The notes under the pieces: model-generated
Seen by the model: only the letters and a program-made list of their open reading frames with translations
Told to the model about the DNA's origin: nothing
The model's database searches: none
DNA from: an archaeon
GTDB lineage: Archaea; Undinarchaeota; CAZHTU01; JBDRCC01
DNA: 32,000 bases
Direction: 5' to 3'
Assembly (NCBI GenBank): GCA_043822065.1
Contig: JBDRCC010000007.1
Coordinates: 22,539 to 54,538, forward strand
Part shown: positions 1 to 6,513 of the stretch, one piece after another
How positions within the stretch are numbered: the first letter of the stretch is position 1
How the letters are laid out: each line of letters starts with the position of its first letter
Translations under genes and position numbers: made by a program

Positions 1-336
1 TACTTTTGAAGACGCTGCACCGGTTCTCCTATCTGGAGCCGTCTTGCTACCTGCAGTCCGTCTCTGCCTTCTAAAATCTTCCCGGTCATACTCTGTGGCA
101 ACTGCGTTAAATCCGCTGTTTCTCAGCTCATTGCTGGCATTCTTTCGAATCTCGTCAGAAGAACTATCTTTATCTCCAAATCTTTTAGTTATCCTGTCCG
201 ATATCTGTCTCGCAACTTCATCGGCGCGGTCCTTAAAATCTGAAGTGCGGCGAGCTGCCTCACGAATAGACCTCTCAATTTTCTGCCCGTTAAAGGCCTC
301 TGTACCTCTTGAACCCCTTTTCTTAACTTTAGCCAT
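1..336 (-). CDS. ATP-cone domain protein (first 112 codons; C-terminus lies beyond the window edge)
   Basis: The reverse-strand frame is open from the ATG at 336-334 to base 1. It is absent from the ORF track because it has no stop in the window. The translation MAKVKKRGSRGTEAFNGQKIERSIREAARRTSDFKDRADEVARQISDRITKRF...EIRKNASNELRNSGFNAVATEYDREDF follows the ATP-cone pattern (V-KR-G--E-F---KI-RSI ... A--Y). An SD-like GGGGGGAT lies just upstream. Confidence 0.5.
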   Translation of the reverse strand, partial: MAKVKKRGSRGTEAFNGQKIERSIREAARRTSDFKDRADEVARQISDRITKRFGDKDSSSDEIRKNASNELRNSGFNAVATEYDREDFRRQRRTAGSKTAPDRRTGAASSKV

Positions 337-442
337 TATTTTATCCCCCCATTTAAACCAATCTTCTCATTTTATAAATTACTTGTGCATATACTTCCTA
401 TACGCTTAGGTTCACGCCCAATAGTCAAATGAAAGGTTCCGG

Positions 443-468
443 GCTGGTTCAAATCCGGCCGAGGGGAC
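443..468 (+). repeat. Partial copy (3' portion) of the 37-nt intergenic repeat family
   Basis: GCTGGTTCAAATCCGGCCGAGGGGAC aligns with the 3' 25 nt of the copy at 1577-1613 (GCAGTTGAAACCCGGCAGAGGGGAC) with one indel and about 4 mismatches. It lies upstream of acr3. Confidence 0.55.
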
Positions 469-527
469 TCCTACAAAAAGAAAACTTATTTATTGAGCAA
501 AAACTCTACTGAGCCTTAGTATAACCT

Positions 528-1571
528 ATGACCGAAAAACGAGAGCTTAAATTTTTCGAGAAGTACCTGACCCTCTGGGTTTCGTTGTGTATATTAGCCG
601 GCATCCTGTTCGGGAAGTTTTTCCCGGCAGTTGCAACTTCGCTGAACGGCATCCAATATGCCAACGTATCAATACCCATAGCTGTCCTGCTGTTCTTTAT
701 GATATACCCCATAATGGTCCAGATAGACATTCGGGACGTCATAAAGGCAGGCAAAACGCCGAAGCCGGTTGCCCTCACGCTTTTCGTAAATTGGGCAATA
801 AAGCCCTTCTCAATGGCATTCATTGCATGGCTTTTCATGAGCCGGATTTGGGCTGGTCTGATTCCTGGGGCAATGGCGACGGAATACACCGCCGGCATGA
901 TTCTCCTTGGTGTGGCGCCCTGCACTGCAATGGTTCTCGTCTGGAGCTACCTCTCAAAGGGGAACATGGGCCATACGCTCGTCATGGTCGCAATAAACTC
1001 GCTCACGATGCTCGTTCTTTATGCGCCAATTGCGGGCTTCCTGCTCGGCCTTACAGACATACCCGTCCCGTGGCTGACGATTGCATTATCCGTTGCCGTT
1101 TACGTTGGCGTCCCTCTATTTGCGGGATACTTCTCCAGGAAGGAGCTGTTGCGGAGGTGGGGGCTTACATGGTTTGAGGAATCTTTTGCCCCCAAGCTAA
1201 GGACAGTTTCCATAGTTGCACTCCTCATTACCCTTATCACACTGTTCAGCCTGCAGGGCGGCGTTATCCTTGCACAGCCATTCGTAATAGCTCTCATCGC
1301 AATACCTCTTTTTATCCAGACGATGTTCATTTTCGGCCTTAGCTATTGGCTGTCACAAAAAATAGGGCTTACTTATGCCGATGCTGCCCCAACGTCCCAG
1401 ATAGGTGCAAGCAACCACTTTGAGGTTGCGATTGCAATGGCAGTCATGCTTTTTGGGATAGACTCCGGAGCGGCGCTGGCGACCGTAGTTGGAGTTTTAA
1501 TCGAGGTCCCTGTTATGCTGGGTTTAGTCAAGATATGCCTTGCAACTCAGCATTGGTTTCGCTCTTCTTAA
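528..1571 (+). CDS. acr3: ACR3-family arsenite efflux transporter
   Basis: 347-aa polytopic membrane protein. Motifs [47 protein letters not shown] and [19 protein letters not shown] are characteristic of ACR3 within the BART superfamily. Confidence 0.85.
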   Translation: MTEKRELKFFEKYLTLWVSLCILAGILFGKFFPAVATSLNGIQYANVSIPIAVLLFFMIYPIMVQIDIRDVIKAGKTPKPVALTLFVNWAIKPFSMAFIAWLFMSRIWAGLIPGAMATEYTAGMILLGVAPCTAMVLVWSYLSKGNMGHTLVMVAINSLTMLVLYAPIAGFLLGLTDIPVPWLTIALSVAVYVGVPLFAGYFSRKELLRRWGLTWFEESFAPKLRTVSIVALLITLITLFSLQGGVILAQPFVIALIAIPLFIQTMFIFGLSYWLSQKIGLTYADAAPTSQIGASNHFEVAIAMAVMLFGIDSGAALATVVGVLIEVPVMLGLVKICLATQHWFRSS

Positions 1572-1576
1572 AAAGA

Positions 1577-1613
1577 GGGATTACAATTGCAGTTGAAACC
1601 CGGCAGAGGGGAC
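1577..1613 (+). repeat. 37-nt intergenic repeat, copy 1
   Basis: GGGATTACAATTGCAGTTGAAACCCGGCAGAGGGGAC. It starts 5 nt after the acr3 stop codon and ends directly against the TATA box of the next gene. Confidence 0.8.
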
Positions 1614-1616
1614 CTA

Positions 1617-1623
1617 TTTATAT
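1617..1623 (+). promoter_or_regulatory. TATA box (TTTATAT) for the 1645 gene
   Basis: AT-rich box centred about 26 nt upstream of the ATG at 1645, consistent with a leaderless archaeal transcript. Confidence 0.5.
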
Positions 1624-1644
1624 TTCTACGTTTTAACACATGCC

Positions 1645-2157
1645 ATGGCTTCCAAAATAAAACTCTATGCCAAAGGCATTGAATCGTATCTCATCTCAAC
1701 TGTAATCCTTGGCAATTTTATGATGCTCTCATGGATTGCACTGGGGACCATGGCTACCCGGTTCTTCAGCCCCCTGATTGCTCAGGCTTATCTGGCCATT
1801 GCTTTGATAATGGTCTACGTTGTCTTGCGGAAGCTCGTATGCACAAACTGCTATTACTATGGCAAGTGGTGCCCTACTGGCTGGGGAAAACTGTCTGCAC
1901 GTCTATTCAAGAAAGGAAAGGTAGACGAATTTGCAAACAGCATTGGCGTAAAACTCGCCCCGGCTACATATGGGCTGTTGAGTCTGGTTCCGATTGTACT
2001 AATTATTATTTCACTATGGCAAGCCTTTACATCCTCTAAGGTTGTTGTACTGGTGCTGCTGCTTTTGGTTTCAGCTTACAGTGGCTCAATAGGCAGAAAG
2101 AAGTCCTGCGCGAACTGCAAGATGCGATTAATTTGTCCTGGCTGTGCTGTGAAGTAA
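1645..2157 (+). CDS. Cysteine-rich integral membrane protein, function unknown
   Basis: 170 aa with about 4 hydrophobic segments. Two Cys clusters sit in non-membrane segments: CTNCYYYGKWC (C-x2-C-x6-C) and CANCKMRLICPGC (C-x2-C-x5-C-x2-C). I do not recognise a family. Confidence 0.6.
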   Translation: MASKIKLYAKGIESYLISTVILGNFMMLSWIALGTMATRFFSPLIAQAYLAIALIMVYVVLRKLVCTNCYYYGKWCPTGWGKLSARLFKKGKVDEFANSIGVKLAPATYGLLSLVPIVLIIISLWQAFTSSKVVVLVLLLLVSAYSGSIGRKKSCANCKMRLICPGCAVK

Positions 2158-2161
2158 TTCA

Positions 2162-2198
2162 GGGATTACACTTGCAGTTGAAATCTGGCAGAGGGGAT
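2162..2198 (+). repeat. 37-nt intergenic repeat, copy 2
   Basis: GGGATTACACTTGCAGTTGAAATCTGGCAGAGGGGAT. By my count 33/37 positions match copy 1. It starts 4 nt after the stop of the 1645-2157 gene. Confidence 0.8.
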
Positions 2199-2248
2199 GT
2201 TTCCATTTTGTACGATAAAAATATAACCTGCTCTTCTTTACCTCTATC

Positions 2249-3412
2249 ATGCCGCAGAACAGAAAGCTTGGGGGGCTTGGAAGAAACATACTTTTGCTCG
2301 CCATTGTCAGCTTCTTAGCTGATGTCAGCAGTGAGATGATAACGCCGATTCTCCCGCTGTTCATTCTTACACTTGGCGGGACAGGCGTAGCAATTGGCCT
2401 GATAGGTGGCGTAGGGGACTCCATTGCAAGCTTCCTGAAGGTTCTGTCCGGCTACTGGTCCGATAGAATTGGGAAGCGCAAGCCGCTGGTAGTAGCCGGA
2501 TACTTTACCTCTGCCTGCGCTAAATTGTTTTTTCCATTCGCAGCGGTGTGGCAACACATACTACTACTAAGGTCTGCCGAAAGAGTCGGCAAGGGCGTCC
2601 GCACTGCACCACGTGACGCAATAATAGCACTGTCTTCGGACAGAAAGAAACTTGGCAAGGGGTTTGGCTTTAATCGGGCAGCAGACTCTGCAGGGGCCGT
2701 AGTTGGGACTTCCCTCGCGTTCATCTTTTTTTGGTTTCTTCATTTCGATTTGCAGAAAATCTTCCTGATAGCTGCGTTTGTCGCCTTCCTGGCCTTGGTG
2801 CCGCTTCATTTTGTCAAGGAGAAAAATTCAATGCCCACTAAGTCAAACCTGAAAATTAGTCTGTCGTCCCTTCCGCCGAAACTTCAGTCGTTTATCTTTA
2901 TTTCAGCCCTCTTCTCATTTGCCGATTTCACTTACATGTTCTTTATTTTAAGGGCTGGCGAGTCATTCTCTGGAACTGCAGCGGTTGCAGTGCCGATACT
3001 GCTGTATCTCCTGTTCAATATGACTTACGCTTCTTTCTCAGTCAAAACCGGTGACCTCTCTGACAGAATAGGGAGGACGAAAGTAATACGCGCAGGTTAC
3101 CTCTTGTTTGTGGCAGTTTGCATTGGTTTTGTCTTTCTTGAGTCACTGCCTTGCCTTGTGCTCCTCTTCCTCGCCTATGGCATTGTCTACGCCCTGGTGG
3201 ACGGAACTCAGCGCGCATATGTCTCGGACCTCAGCAGCGAAGGACTCAAGGGGACAGCACTTGGCACATTCCACGCCGCAAACGGATTCGCAGACCTACC
3301 GAGCGGGATTATCGCAGGTGTCCTATGGCAGTACGTAAGCCACGAAGCGACATTCGTTTTCGGGGCGTTTTTCGCCCTGTGCGCTTTCATATTGTTAAGG
3401 AACCAAAATTAA
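2249..3412 (+). CDS. MFS transporter
   Basis: 387 aa with about 12 TM segments. It has the MFS loop motif GYWSDRIGKRKP and a RSAERVGKGVRTAPRDAII motif between TM segments. Confidence 0.8.
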   Translation: MPQNRKLGGLGRNILLLAIVSFLADVSSEMITPILPLFILTLGGTGVAIGLIGGVGDSIASFLKVLSGYWSDRIGKRKPLVVAGYFTSACAKLFFPFAAVWQHILLLRSAERVGKGVRTAPRDAIIALSSDRKKLGKGFGFNRAADSAGAVVGTSLAFIFFWFLHFDLQKIFLIAAFVAFLALVPLHFVKEKNSMPTKSNLKISLSSLPPKLQSFIFISALFSFADFTYMFFILRAGESFSGTAAVAVPILLYLLFNMTYASFSVKTGDLSDRIGRTKVIRAGYLLFVAVCIGFVFLESLPCLVLLFLAYGIVYALVDGTQRAYVSDLSSEGLKGTALGTFHAANGFADLPSGIIAGVLWQYVSHEATFVFGAFFALCAFILLRNQN

Positions 3413-3413
3413 T

Positions 3414-3450
3414 GGAATTATAACTGTAGTTGAAACACAGCCGAGGGCAC
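3414..3450 (+). repeat. 37-nt intergenic repeat, copy 3 (more diverged)
   Basis: GGAATTATAACTGTAGTTGAAACACAGCCGAGGGCAC. By my count 29/37 positions match copy 1. It starts 1 nt after the MFS stop codon. Confidence 0.7.
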
Positions 3451-3478
3451 GCCCCCTCTATTTGGCAATACATAACCA

Positions 3479-3484
3479 TATAAA
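3479..3484 (+). promoter_or_regulatory. TATA box (CCATATAAAC context) of zinc-ribbon gene 1
   Basis: The same motif, with the same 20-nt spacing to the inverted repeat, occurs at the paralog (4448-4453). Confidence 0.55.
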
Positions 3485-3539
3485 CTTCCTCTGCCAAGAA
3501 GTACTGCCCCATTATTCATCGGGGCAGGAATAAAACATA

Positions 3540-3752
3540 ATGGCATACGAAAACAACTTCCAAGGTGGAAGTGGAAACTTTAACAGGCCGCCGCGCGAGA
3601 TGCACTCCGTTGACATAAATGGCAACGAGCTCGTTTGCGCAGACTGCAAAACAACTGGTTTCCAGCTACCTTTCAAGGCAGACGGCAGCAGGCCGGTTTA
3701 CTGCTCGGATTGTAACAGGAATCACAGACCACCACAGAGAGACAGGTTTTAG
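3540..3752 (+). CDS. Small CxxC...CxxC zinc-ribbon protein with Gly/Arg/Asn-rich N-terminus
   Basis: 70 aa. The core REMH...VCADCKTTGFQLPFKADGSRPVYCSDC resembles the 'CxxC-x17-CxxC' type zinc-ribbon seen as stand-alone proteins and helicase tails (REMH, VPF-P, RPVYC signatures). It has a paralog at 4513-4743. Confidence 0.7.
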   Translation: MAYENNFQGGSGNFNRPPREMHSVDINGNELVCADCKTTGFQLPFKADGSRPVYCSDCNRNHRPPQRDRF

Positions 3753-3926
3753 TAAATAGCGCATAGAAAAATTAGCACATATTGATTTTTCTTAAAGAGA
3801 TTTACTGAATAGCTACGCCTCTATAGGGGTGGGACTGAAAACAGATTGTACCTTTAGTTGGCCCTCAGGCGAGGGCTCAACTATTTATTTAACTCGTTCT
3901 CGAATTTTTCATACTACTCAGAGTAG

Positions 3927-4403
3927 ACCTGCTCCGCCGGCTTTCCGCGGATGTTCCACTCCTTGCTCTTTGGGGACGAAGCGGGTGCTTATACTATTGA
4001 AGTATATTTGATTGCAGCCTCACGCATGGGGCTTCGTAAACGCTTTGTGGTTTAGTATCCTCACCAGGACAATCAGCGGCAGTTCGACCCGCTCTATGAG
4101 AAATACGGCACGCCGATAATCATGATGACGCCATTCCAGAGCTGCGAGTACGGCGCAAAGCAGGACTGGTTCGAGCCGATGATGCTCCAGCCGGACGTCA
4201 AGCAGGACCTGGTTGCGCAGGCAGACATGTACGAGGCGTTCTTCTCAGCGACAATCGACGAGCCATGGTTTGCCGGGCTCATGACCTGGGGCTACTACTT
4301 TGAGGACGAGTTCAACACTAAGGAGTATGCCTCAGAAAAGTCCTCGACCGTCAGGAACAAGCCGGCGGCGCAGATTGTCAAAAAAATGGTTCGAGCAGAT
4401 TGA
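3927..4403 (+). pseudogene. Probable remnant of a TIM-barrel glycoside-hydrolase-like gene (C-terminal part only)
   Basis: The frame is open over 4056-4403, with the first ATG at 4122. It encodes ...FDPLYEKYGTPIIMMTPFQSCEYGAKQDWFEP...QADMYEAFFSATIDEPWFAGLMTWGYYFEDEF, which looks like the nucleophile-strand/C-terminal region of a GH-type barrel. The same frame continues upstream to 3927 across a single in-frame TAG (4053-4055). No N-terminal half or promoter is evident. Confidence 0.35.
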
Positions 4404-4447
4404 GTAATCTCCCTCCCTTCAGCCAATACATGGGGGATACAAATCTA

Positions 4448-4453
4448 TATAAA
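4448..4453 (+). promoter_or_regulatory. TATA box (CTATATAAAC context) of zinc-ribbon gene 2
   Basis: Paralogous to 3479-3484, with identical spacing to the downstream inverted repeat. Confidence 0.55.
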
Positions 4454-4512
4454 CCCCTATTGACAAATAAAACTGTCCTCACATACTGTTGAGGGCAGGA
4501 AAAATAACTAAA

Positions 4513-4743
4513 ATGGATCGTGAAAACAGATTCGGTGGACGCGGAAGAAGTAACTTTGACAGGCCTCGCGGAAATTTCGACAGGCCGGATAGGGAAATGC
4601 ACACAACGTATGACGACGGCACTCCGACGGTTTGCGCAGACTGCAAAGCAACCGGCTTTGGCGTACCCTTCCAGCCAAAAAAGGACAGGGACCTCTACTG
4701 CCAAAACTGCATAAAAAACCACCAGAAGCCAAGAAGGTTCTAA
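4513..4743 (+). CDS. Small CxxC...CxxC zinc-ribbon protein with RGG-like N-terminus (paralog of 3540-3752)
   Basis: MDRENRFGGRGRSNFDRPRGNFDRPDREMH...VCADCKATGFGVPFQPKKDRDLYCQNC. The track start at 4489 is a TTG inside the conserved inverted repeat. The ATG at 4513 matches the position of the paralog's start after GGCAGGAA-A-rich. Confidence 0.7.
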   Translation: MDRENRFGGRGRSNFDRPRGNFDRPDREMHTTYDDGTPTVCADCKATGFGVPFQPKKDRDLYCQNCIKNHQKPRRF

Positions 4744-4821
4744 CAAGTAGACCCTAGAAAAGATTAAACTTTTTGATTTTTTCTTAGAGCTTTACTTAGT
4801 GTAAGATTTGCACAAATATAT

Positions 4822-4852
4822 CCCGGCAGTTTTGCCGGGTACAATTTTTTTT
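4822..4852. terminator. Hairpin plus T-tract between convergent genes
   Basis: CCCGGCA-GTTT-TGCCGGG (perfect 7-bp stem, 4822-4839) is followed by TACAATTTTTTTT. It lies between the + gene ending at 4743 and the - gene ending at 4869. Confidence 0.5.
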
Positions 4853-4868
4853 ATCAACAATAGGTTAG

Positions 4869-5480
4869 CTATCCCTTTTTTCTTAAATACTCAAGAAGCC
4901 CTGGCGTGAGGACCGGCTTGCCCTCGAACACAGGTATTGCGTAATCAAGGGTTATGCTCTCATTCTCGCTGAACTCAATCTCCGGCTTGTTTGAGAGCAG
5001 TACATCCTCCAGCTTTGCCCCGTCCGCAACCTTCTTCGCCATGAAGCATGCCCCGTCGATGCTAAGCTGGTACTGGCCGATTGAGCGCGGGATTCCGTTG
5101 AGCTTGGACGTTATGAGGTCCTTTGTCCTCCCGCGGGGCATGGCGTCGCCAAGTATGCCCCCGATTACAATCTTGTCTGCAAGCTTGAAGTCATCCGGGC
5201 TGAGGAGCTTATCCGTCTGAGGGTCAAGCACGATAACCTTTTCGCCTTTCAGGAAATCTGCCGCGCTCTCCTTGCGGAAATGCCCTATTTTTCCTATGGC
5301 CCGCTGGTCTTTCTCCAGGCTGACGTTGGTGAACAGCAGCTCACCGCCGGCAATCTTCCCGCAGTGCCTGTACTCGAGCTCCATCCACTCGCTTACGCCC
5401 CGTTCGCAGTGCTCGACAATGAAAAGCATACTGAAATTATCTCGCCTTGGTTTAAGTCCTTGCGGGTGCGGCCGCCGCAT
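4869..5480 (-). CDS. SPOUT-fold SAM-dependent methyltransferase, SFM1/DUF431 family
   Basis: MLFIVEHCERGVSEWMELEY..., VIVLDP, IVIGGILGDAMPRGRTKDL, QLSIDGA and EGKPVLTPGLLEYLRK match my memory of yeast Sfm1 (MKYIIEHMEEGFSEW..., GGILGD-PPR-RT, EGKPILPEG). The start is uncertain. ATG 5480 fits a near-leaderless start about 26-30 nt from the TATA at 5507-5514. The family-like N-terminus begins at ATG 5429. The longest ORF (5507) overlaps the TATA box. Confidence 0.7.
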   Translation of the reverse strand: MRRPHPQGLKPRRDNFSMLFIVEHCERGVSEWMELEYRHCGKIAGGELLFTNVSLEKDQRAIGKIGHFRKESAADFLKGEKVIVLDPQTDKLLSPDDFKLADKIVIGGILGDAMPRGRTKDLITSKLNGIPRSIGQYQLSIDGACFMAKKVADGAKLEDVLLSNKPEIEFSENESITLDYAIPVFEGKPVLTPGLLEYLRKKG

Positions 5481-5506
5481 TATGCCAAATTCCAAGCTTG
5501 GTGACA

Positions 5507-5514
5507 TTTTTATA
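5507..5514. promoter_or_regulatory. Shared TATA element (TTTTTATA / TATAAAAA) in a divergent intergenic region
   Basis: This is the only AT-rich box in the 5481-5535 spacer. It is centred about 26 nt from ATG 5536 (+) and about 30 nt from ATG 5480 (-). Confidence 0.4.
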
Positions 5515-5535
5515 CTGCCTTGGATTCAATAGATT

Positions 5536-6183
5536 ATGGCGCTTTACAACACGACCCAGATAGCCCCGCTCATTGCGGAGAACTTCTCAACTGCTGATGC
5601 AATTGCCGCGTCGCGCCCGCTTGCAGCTTATGTTTTTGCAATAGCAATATACGCAATCTTCATCTTCAAGTTCTACCGGTTCCTTGGACGGAAAGACGTC
5701 TTTTCCATCGACCTGGCGAAACACTCCAACACCCGATTTGCGGGCGCAAAGAAGTTCTTCAGCGTAGTTTTTTATGTACTCAAGTACCTGATACTCTTCC
5801 CGCTTGTCGTCTTCGTATGGTTTGCATTCCTCGCCCTGATGCTGATATTCCTGGCGAAGAGCGGCACAGTTGAGCAAATAATGCTAATCTCAGTTTCGCT
5901 TGTCGGCGCCGTTCGCGTCTGCGCCTACTACGACGAGGACCTATCGAAGGACTTGGCGAAGCTGCTGCCGCTGGCTCTGCTTGGCGTTTTCATCGTTGAC
6001 CGGTCGTACTTCAACTTCAGCAATTCGGTACTGACCCTCTTGTCCCTTCCGGACTACTGGAAGCTCCTGAGCTACTACATGGTCTTCATAGTTTCGCTTG
6101 AGTTTGTGCTCCGGGTGCTGTCCGGCACCGCAGGCATGCTGTTTGGCCGTGGCGAAAAAAAGCAGCAAAACATAAAGGATTAA
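5536..6183 (+). CDS. Integral membrane protein, unknown function
   Basis: 215 aa with about 5 hydrophobic segments and a plausible leaderless start. No family recognised. Confidence 0.55.
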   Translation: MALYNTTQIAPLIAENFSTADAIAASRPLAAYVFAIAIYAIFIFKFYRFLGRKDVFSIDLAKHSNTRFAGAKKFFSVVFYVLKYLILFPLVVFVWFAFLALMLIFLAKSGTVEQIMLISVSLVGAVRVCAYYDEDLSKDLAKLLPLALLGVFIVDRSYFNFSNSVLTLLSLPDYWKLLSYYMVFIVSLEFVLRVLSGTAGMLFGRGEKKQQNIKD

Positions 6184-6207
6184 ATATTCCAGGGACAAAG
6201 GATAGCT

Positions 6208-6513
6208 ATGGCAATCGTGCTTTTTAACTCAGTAACGTTGGCCTTTTCCGTGCCAATCTTTGCCGGAGCCGCAGCAGGCTTCATACGGGCGTTTCTCGGC
6301 TACCTCAAGGCGCGCTACAAGAACGGCGAGGCATTCGTTGCAGGGAAATTCGTCCAGCCAATTATTTTTTCAGCAGGTGTCGGGGCCGCGATTGGGTACT
6401 ATATGTCGCAGGCAGATCCTTTATTCATAGGCGCGGTCGCAATCGCAGGCAGCACGCTAATTGACTCCATCGTATGGGTTTTTGTAGGGAAGAAAAAGCC
6501 GCAGGCCGATTAG
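6208..6513 (+). CDS. Small membrane protein, unknown function
   Basis: 101 aa with Gly/Ala-rich hydrophobic segments (FAGAAAGFIRAF, SAGVGAAIGYY, GAVAIAGSTLI) and a KKKPQAD tail. Confidence 0.5.
   Translation: MAIVLFNSVTLAFSVPIFAGAAAGFIRAFLGYLKARYKNGEAFVAGKFVQPIIFSAGVGAAIGYYMSQADPLFIGAVAIAGSTLIDSIVWVFVGKKKPQAD

Noticed and set aside
44-409. 121-aa + strand ORF at the left edge
   Set aside because: It is the antisense shadow of the ATP-cone reading frame. The translation is Ser/Leu-rich and not protein-like.
431-470. tRNA gene, split-tRNA 3' half or tRNA-derived att scar (GCTGG-TTCAAAT-CCGGC looks like a T-arm followed by a 7-nt acceptor-like CGAGGGG+A)
   Set aside because: There is no matching 5' half or acceptor strand (CCCCTCG) nearby. 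The implied C1:G72 pair would be atypical. The other three copies of the element break the T-stem pairing (TGCAG/CCGGC). It could still be an old scar, but this is not supportable as an RNA gene.
1577-3450. CRISPR array suggested by the GTTGAAAC/ATTGCAGTTGAAA-like repeat sequence
   Set aside because: There are only three full copies, spaced about 585 and 1250 bp apart, with complete protein-coding genes between them. There is no regular repeat-spacer periodicity and no cas genes in the window.
1572-3470. Integron attC sites after each gene
   Set aside because: I could not find the paired R''(RYYYAAC)/R'(GTTRRRY) cores or the extended imperfect inverted repeat expected of attC. GTTGAAAC at 1592 and GTTTTAAC at 1630 are in the wrong order and lack flanking complementarity. 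No integrase is visible. Cassette-like behaviour remains only a hypothesis, recorded in the findings.
4053-4055. In-frame TAG as a pyrrolysine or programmed read-through codon
   Set aside because: There is no supporting context such as pyl genes or a PYLIS-like structure. The surrounding ORF lacks a promoter and an N-terminal domain, so simple gene decay is the more economical explanation.
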